The position numbers and the translations under genes were made by a program. From contig OZ242184.1 of assembly GCA_965205855.1 (NCBI GenBank), positions 416,001-480,000 of the forward strand: DNA of 64,000 bases, in the 5' to 3' direction. The stretch is from Thermodesulfobacteriota bacterium. Its GTDB lineage: Bacteria > Desulfobacterota_D > UBA1144 > Nemesobacterales > Mycalebacteriaceae. Shown piece after piece: positions 52,801-61,800 of this stretch. The notes beneath the pieces were generated by a model. The model saw nothing but the letters and a program-made list of their open reading frames with translations. It had not been told where the DNA came from and ran no database searches. Position 1 is the first letter of the stretch; every line of letters starts with the position of its first letter.

Positions 52801-55800
52801 CGGCACCCTGACCCTCGACGGCACTGCGGTGACCGCGGGGGATGTGATCCCCGCCGCCGGGATCGCGAACCTTGTCTATACCCCGGCCACCAATGCCACC
52901 GGCGATGTCACCTTCACCTTCAGCCTCTCCGACGGCACCGCCTTTGGCGCAACCGCCACGGCCACCGTCAGCATCGGCGCGGTGAATGACGCGCCGACCC
53001 TCAGCGGCACGCCCGCCACCAGCGTGGCCGAAGACAGCGCCTATAGCTTCACGCCAAGCGGCGAAGACGCTGATGGCGATACGCTGGAATATGCCATCAC
53101 AAACATGCCGTCATGGGCCAGCTTCAGCACCACAACCGGGGCCTTGACCGGCACCCCCACCAACGCCGATGTCGGCGACCACGCGGACATCGTGATCAGC
53201 GTCACCGATGGCATCATCGCCACACCGGTTGAGCTGGCGGCCTTTGACATCGCCGTCACCAACACCAATGACGCGCCCACCATCAGCGGCACGCCCACCA
53301 CCAGCGTGGCCGAAGACAGCGCCTATAGCTTCACGCCAAGCGGTGCCGACGATGATGGCGACACGCTGACCTTTGCCATCACAAACATGCCGTCATGGGC
53401 CAGCTTCAGCACCGCAACCGGGGCCTTGACCGGCACGCCCGTCAACGCCGATGTCGGCGACTACGAGGACATCGTGATCAGCGTCACCGATGGCATCATC
53501 GCCACACCGGTAGCGCTGCCTGCCTTTGCTATCGCCGTCACCAACACCAATGACGCGCCCACCCTCAGCGGAACGCCCGCCACCAGCGTGGCCGAAGACA
53601 GCGCCTATAGCTTCACGCCAAGCGGCGAAGATGTGGATGTTGGCGACAGGCTGACCTTTGCCATCACAAACCTGCCGTCATGGGCCAGTTTCGACACCGC
53701 AACCGGGGCCTTGACCGGCACGCCCGTCAACGCCGATGTCGGCGACTACGAGGACATCGTGATCAGCGTCACCGATGGCATCATCGCCACGCCGGTCGCG
53801 CTCCCCGCCTTCGATATCGCCGTCACCAACACCAATGACGCGCCCACCCTCAGCGGCACGCCCGCCACCAGCGTGGCCGAAGACAGCGCCTATAGTTTCA
53901 CGCCAAGCGGCGAAGACGATGATGGCGACAGGCTGACCTTTGCCATCACAAACCTGCCGTCATGGGCCAGTTTCAGCACCACAACCGGGGCCTTGACCGG
54001 CACGCCCGTCAACGCCGATGTCGGCGACTACGAGGACATCGTGATCAGCGTCACCGATGGCATCATCGCCACGCCGGTCGCGCTCCCCGCCTTCGATATC
54101 GCCGTCACCAACACCAATGACGCGCCGACCCTCAGCGGCACGCCCGCCACCAGCGTGGCCGAAGACAGCGCCTATAGCTTCACGCCAACCGGCGAAGACG
54201 ATGATGGCGACAGGCTGACCTTTGCCATCACAAACCTGCCGTCATGGGCCAGTTTCAGCACCACAACCGGGGCCTTGACCGGCACGCCCGCCAACGCCGA
54301 TGTCGGCGACTACGCGGACATCGTGATCAGCGTCACCGATGGCATCATCGCCACACCGGTCGCGTTGCCTGCCTTTGCTATCGAGGTCACCAACACCAAT
54401 GACGCGCCGACCCTCAGCGGCACGCCCGCCACAACCGTGGCCGAAGACAGCGCCTATAGCTTCACGCCAAGCGGCGAAGACGATGATGGCGACCCGCTGA
54501 CCTGGGCGATCACAAACATACCTTCATGGGCCACTTTCGACGAAACCAGCGGAGTCTTGACCGGCACCCCCGCCAACGCCGATGTCGGCAACCACGAGGA
54601 CATCGTGATCAGCGTCACCGATGGCATCATCGCCACACCGGTCGCGTTGCCTGCCTTTGCTATCGAGGTCACCAACACCAATGACGCGCCGACCCTCAGC
54701 GGCACGCCCGCCACAACCGTGGCCGAAGACAGCGCCTATAGCTTCACGCCAAGCGGCGAAGACGCAGATGGCGACCCGCTGACCTTTGCCATCACAAACA
54801 TGCCTTCATGGGCCAGTTTCAGCACCACAACCGGGGCCTTGACCGGCACGCCCGTCAACGATGATGTCGGCGAGTACGCGGGCATCGTGATCAGCGTGAG
54901 CGATGGCATCATCACCACACCAGTTGAGCTGCCGGCCTTTGCTATCGCCGTCACCAACACCAATGACCCGCCGACCCTCAGCGGCACGCCCGCCACCAGC
55001 GTGGCCGAAGACAGCGCCTATAGCTTCACGCCAACCGGCGCCGACGATGATGGCGACACGCTGACATATACGATCACAAACCTGCCGGCATGGGCCGCCT
55101 TCAGCACCACGACCGGCGCCTTGACCGGCACGCCCGCCAACGCCGATGTCGGCGACTACGAGGGCATCGTGATCAGCGTCACCGATGGCATCATCGCCAC
55201 ACCGGTCGGCCTCGCAGCCTTCGATATCGCCGTCACCAACACCAATGACGCCCCCACCATCAGCGGCACGCCCGCCACCAGCGTGGCCGAAGACAGCGCC
55301 TATAGCTTCACGCCAAGCGGCGCCGACGCTGATGGCGACCCGCTGACCTTTGCCATCACAAACATACCTTCATGGGCCAGTTTCGATACCACAACCGGGG
55401 CCTTGACCGGCACGCCCGCCAACGCCGATGTCGGCGACTACGAGGACATCGTGATTAGCGTCACCGATGGCATCATCGCCACGCCGGTAGCGCTGCCGGC
55501 CTTTGCTATCGCCGTCACCAACACCAATGACGCGCCGACCCTCAGCGGCACGCCCGCCACCAGCGTGGCCGAAGACAGCGCCTATAGCTTCACGCCAACC
55601 GGCGAAGACGATGATGGCGACACGCTGACCTGGGCGATCAGCAACAAGCCAGACTGGGCGAATTTCAACACCACGACCGGGGCCTTGACCGGCACGCCCG
55701 TCAACGCCGATGTCGGCACCACCACGGACATCGTGATCAGCGTCACCGATGGCATCATCACCACACCGGTCGCGCTGCCCGCCTTCGATATCGCCGTCAC

Positions 55801-58800
55801 CAACACCAATGACGCCCCCACCATCAGCGGCACGCCCGCCACCAGCGTGGCCGAAGACAGCGCCTATAATTTCACGCCAAGCGGCGAAGACGCTGATGGC
55901 GACCCGCTGACCTGGGCGATCAGCAACATACCGTCATGGGCCAGCTTCGACATCGCAACCGGCGCCTTGACCGGCACGCCCACCAACGAGCATGTCGGTG
56001 ACTACGAGGACATCGTGATCAGCGTCACCGATGGCATCATCGCCACGCCAGTTGAGCTGCCGGTCTTTGCTATCGAAGTCACCAACACCAATGACGCGCC
56101 CACCCTCAGCGGCACGCCCGCCACCAGCGTGGCCGAAGACAGCGCCTATAGCTTCACGCCAAGCGGCGAAGACGCGGATGGCGACACGCTGACCTGGGCG
56201 ATCAGCAACAAGCCAGACTGGGCGAATTTCAACACCACGACCGGGGCCTTGACCGGCACGCCCGTCAACGCCGATGTCGGCACCACCACGGACATCGTGA
56301 TCAGCGTCACCGATGGCATCATCACCACACCGGTCGCGCTGCCCGCCTTCGATATCGCCGTCACCAACATCAATGACGCGCCCACCCTCAGCGGCACGCC
56401 CGCCACAAGCGTGGCCGAAGACAGTGCCTATAGCTTCACGCCAACCGGTGCCGACGATGATGGCGACACGCTGGAATATGCGATCACAAACATGCCGTCA
56501 TGGGCCACCTTCAGCACCACGACCGGAGCCTTGACCGGCACCCCCGCCAACGCCGATGTCGGCGACTACGCGGGCATCGTGATCAGCGTCACCGATGGCA
56601 TCATCGCCACACCGGTTGAGCTGGCGGCCTTCGATATCGCCGTCACCAACACCAATGACGCGCCCATCATCAGCGGCACGCCCGCCACAAGCGTGGCCGA
56701 AGACAGCGCCTATAGCTTCACGCCAACCGGCGAAGACGATGATGGCGACCCGCTGACCTGGGCGATCAGCAACCAACCACCATGGGCCGCCTTCAGCATC
56801 ACGACCGGGGCCTTGACCGGCACGCCAGACAACGATGATGTCGGCGACTACGAGGACATCGTGATCAGCGTCACCGATGGCATCGCCACACCGGTCGCGC
56901 TGCCCGCCTTCGATATCGCGGTCACCAACACCAATGACGCGCCTACCCTCAGCGGCACGCCCGCCACCAGCGTGGCCGAAGACAGTGCCTATAGCTTCAC
57001 GCCAAGCGGCGCCGACGACGATGACGACACGCTGGAATATGCCATCACAAACATGCCTTCATGGGCCACTTTCGACACCACAACCGGGGCCTTGACCGGC
57101 ACGCCCGCCAACGCCGATGTTGGCAACCACGAGGACATCGTGATCAGCGTCACCGATGGCATCATCGCCACACCGGTCGCGTTGCCCGCCTTCGATATCG
57201 AAGTCACCAACACCAATGACGCGCCCACCCTCAGCGGCACGCCCGCCACCAGCGTGGCCGAAGACAGCGCCTATAGCTTCACGCCAACCGGCGAAGACGA
57301 TGATGGCGACAGGCTGACCTTTGCCATCACAAACCTGCCGTCATGGGCCAGTTTCAGCACCACAACCGGGGCCTTGACCGGCACCCCCGCCAACGCCGAT
57401 GTTGGCAACCACGAGGACATCGTGATCAGCGTCACCGATGGCATCATCGCCACACCGGTCGCGTTGCCCGCCTTCGATATCGAAGTCACCAACACCAATG
57501 ACGCGCCCACCCTCAGCGGCACGCCCGCCACCAGCGTGGCCGAAGACAGCGCCTATAGCTTCACGCCAACCGGCGAAGACGATGATGGCGACAGGCTGAC
57601 CTTTGCCATCACAAACCTGCCGTCATGGGCCAGTTTCAGCACCGCAACCGGGGCCTTGACCGGCACCCCCGCCAACGCCGATGTTGGCAACCACGAGGAC
57701 ATCGTGATCAGCGTCACCGATGGCATCATCGCCACACCGGTCGCGCTGCCCGCCTTCGATATCGCCGTCACCAACACCAATGATGCGCCCACCATCAGCG
57801 GCACGCCCGACACCAGCGTGGCCGAAGACAGCGCCTATAGTTTCACGCCAACCGGCGCCGACGATGATGGCGACACGCTGACCTTTGCCATCACAAACCT
57901 GCCGTCATGGGCCAGTTTCAGCACCACGACCGGGGCCTTGACCGGCACCCCCGCCAACGCCGATGTCGGCAACTACGAGGGCATCGTGATCAGCGTCACC
58001 GATGGCATCATCACCACGCCAGTAGCGCTCCCCGCCTTCGATATCGCCGTCACCAACACCAATGACGCGCCGACCATCAGCGGCACGCCCGCCACCAGCG
58101 TGGCCGAAGACAGCGCCTATAGCTTCACGCCAACCGGCGAAGACGATGATGGCGACAGGCTGACCTTTGCCATCACAAACCTGCCGTCATGGGCCAGTTT
58201 CAGCACCACAACCGGGGCCTTGACCGGCACGCCCGTCAACGCCGATGTCGGCGACTACGAGGACATCGTGATCAGCGTTACCGATGGCATCATCGCCACA
58301 CCGGTCGCGCTCGCAGCCTTCGATATCGCCGTCACCAACACCAATGACGCGCCCACCCTCAGCGGCACACCCGCCACCAGCGTGGCCGAAGACAGCGCCT
58401 ATAGCTTCACGCCAAGCGGCGAAGACGATGATGGCGACAGGCTGACCTTTGCCATTACAAACCTGCCGTCATGGGCGAATTTCAGCACCACAACCGGGGC
58501 CTTGACCGGCACGCCCGCCAACGCCGATGTCGGCGACTACGAGGGCATCGTGATCAGCGTCACCGATGGCATCATCACCACACCGGTCGCGCTCGCCGCC
58601 TTTGCTATCGCCGTCACCAACACCAATGACGCGCCCACCCTCAGCGGCACGCCCGCCACCAGCGTGGCCGAAGACAGCGCCTATAGCTTCACGCCAAGCG
58701 GCGAAGACGATGATGGCGACAGGCTGACCTTTGCCATTACAAACCTGCCGTCATGGGCGAATTTCAGCACCACAACCGGGGCCTTGACCGGCACGCCCGC

Positions 58801-61800
58801 CAACGCCGATGTCGGCGACTACGAGGGCATCGTGATCAGCGTCACCGATGGCATCATCACCACACCGGTCGCGCTCGCCGCCTTTGCTATCGCCGTCACC
58901 AACACCAATGACGCGCCCACCCTCAGCGGCACGCCCGCCACCAGCGTGGCCGAAGACAGCGCCTATAGTTTCACGCCAACCGGCGCCGACGATGATGGCG
59001 ACACGCTGGTATATGCGATCACAAACATGCCGTCATGGGCCAGTTTCAGCACCACGACCGGGGCCTTGACCGGCACCCCCGCCAACGCCGATGTCGGCAC
59101 CACCACGGACATTGTGATCACCGTCAGGGACAGAGACACCGGCGGTCTGAGCGCCTCGCTACCCGCCTTTAGTATCGAAGTCACCAACACCAATGACGCG
59201 CCCACCCTCAGCGGCACGCCCGCCACCAGCGTGGCCGAAGACAGCGCCTATAGCTTCACGCCAAGCGGCGAAGATGTGGATGTTGGCAACACGCTGACCT
59301 TTGCCATCACAAACCTGCCGTCATGGGCCAGTTTCGACACCGCAACCGGGGCCTTGACCGGCACGCCCGTCAACGCCGATGTCGGCGACTACGAGGACAT
59401 CGTGATCAGCGTCACCGATGGCATCATCGCCACGCCGGTCGCGCTCCCCGCCTTCGATATCGCCGTCACCAACACCAATGACGCGCCCACCCTCAGCGGC
59501 ACGCCCGCCACCAGCGTGGCCGAAGACAGCGCCTATAGTTTCACGCCAAGCGGCGAAGACGATGATGGCGACAGGCTGACCTTTGCCATCACAAACCTGC
59601 CGTCATGGGCCAGTTTCAGCACCACAACCGGGGCCTTGACCGGCACGCCCGCCAACGAGCATGTCGGCGACTACGAGGACATCGTGATCAGCGTCACCGA
59701 TGGCATCATCGCCACGCCGGTCGCGCTCCCCGCCTTCGATATCGCCGTCACCAACACCAATGACGCGCCGACCCTCAGCGGCACGCCCGCCACCAGCGTG
59801 GCCGAAGACAGTGCCTATAGCTTCACGCCAAGCGGCGCCGACGACGATGACGACACGCTGGAATATGCCATCACAAACATGCCGTCATGGGCCAGTTTCA
59901 GCACCACAACCGGGGCCTTGACCGGCACGCCCGTCAACGCCGATGTCGGCGACTACGCGGACATCGTGATCAGCGTCACCGATGGCATCATCGCCACACC
60001 GGTCGCGTTGCCTGCCTTTGCTATCGAGGTCACCAACACCAATGACGCGCCGACCCTCAGCGGCACGCCCGCCACAACCGTGGCCGAAGACAGCGCCTAT
60101 AGCTTCACGCCAAGCGGCGAAGACGATGATGGCGACCCGCTGACCTGGGCGATCACAAACATACCTTCATGGGCCACTTTCGACGAAACCAGCGGAGTCT
60201 TGACCGGCACCCCCGCCAACGCCGATGTCGGCAACCACGAGGACATCGTGATCAGCGTCACCGATGGCATCATCGCCACACCGGTCGCGTTGCCTGCCTT
60301 TGCTATCGAGGTCACCAACACCAATGACGCGCCGACCCTCAGCGGCACGCCCGCCACAACCGTGGCCGAAGACAGCGCCTATAGCTTCACGCCAAGCGGC
60401 GAAGACGCAGATGGCGACCCGCTGACCTTTGCCATCACAAACATGCCTTCATGGGCCAGTTTCAGCACCACAACCGGGGCCTTGACCGGCACCCCCGCCA
60501 ACGCCGATGTCGGCAACCACGAGGACATCGTGATCAGCGTCACCGATGGCATCATCGCCACACCAGTTGAGCTGCCGGCCTTTGCTATCGCCGTCACCAA
60601 CACCAATGACGCGCCCACCCTCAGCGGCACGCCCGCCACAACCGTGGCCGAAGACAGCGCCTATAGCTTCACGCCAAGCGGCGAAGACGCAGATGGCGAC
60701 CCGCTGACCTTTGCGATCACAAACATGCCTTCATGGGCCAGTTTCAGCACCACAACCGGGGCCTTGACCGGCACGCCCGTCAACGCCGATGTCGGTGACT
60801 ACGAGGACATCGTGATCAGCGTCACCGATGGCATCATCGCCACACCGGTCGCCCTCCCGGCCTTCGATATCGCCGTCACCAACACCAATGACGCGCCCAC
60901 CCTCAGCGGCACGCCCGCCACAAGCGTGGCCGAAGACAGCGCCTATAGCTTCACGCCAAGCGGTGCCGACGATGATGGCGACACGCTGACCTTTGCCATC
61001 ACAAACATGCCACCATGGGCCAGTTTCGACACCACGACCGGCGCCTTGACCGGCACGCCTGCCAACGAGCATGTCGGTGACTACGAGGGCATCGTGATCA
61101 GCGTCACCGATGGCATCATCGCCACACCGGTCGCCCTCGCATCCTTCGATATCGCCGTCACCAACACCAATGACGCGCCCACCATCAGCGGCACGCCTGC
61201 CACAACCGTGGCCGAAGACAGCGCCTATAGCTTCACGCCAAGCGGTGCCGACGATGATGGCGACACGCTGACCTTTGCCATCACAAACATGCCACCATGG
61301 GCCAGTTTCGACACCACGACCGGCGCCTTGACCGGCACGCCTGCCAACGAGCATGTCGGTGACTACGAGGGCATCGTGATCAGCGTCACCGATGGCATCA
61401 TCGCCACACCGGTCGCCCTCGCATCCTTCGATATCGCCGTCACCAACACCAATGACGCGCCCACCCTCAGCGGCACGCCCGCCACCAGCGTGGCCGAAGA
61501 CAGTGCCTATAGCTTCACGCCAAGCGCTGAAGATGCAGATGGCGACCCGCTGACCTTTGCCATCACAAACATGCCACCATGGGCCAGTTTCGACACCACA
61601 ACCGGGGCCTTGACCGGCACTCCCGCCAACGAGCATGTCGGCGACTACGAGAACATCGTGATCAACGTCACCGATGGCATCATCGCCACACCGGTCGCGC
61701 TGCCCGCCTTCGATATCGCCGTCACCAACACCAATGACGCGCCCACCATCAGCGGCACGCCCGCCACCAGCGTGGCCGAAGACAGCGCCTATAGCTTCAC

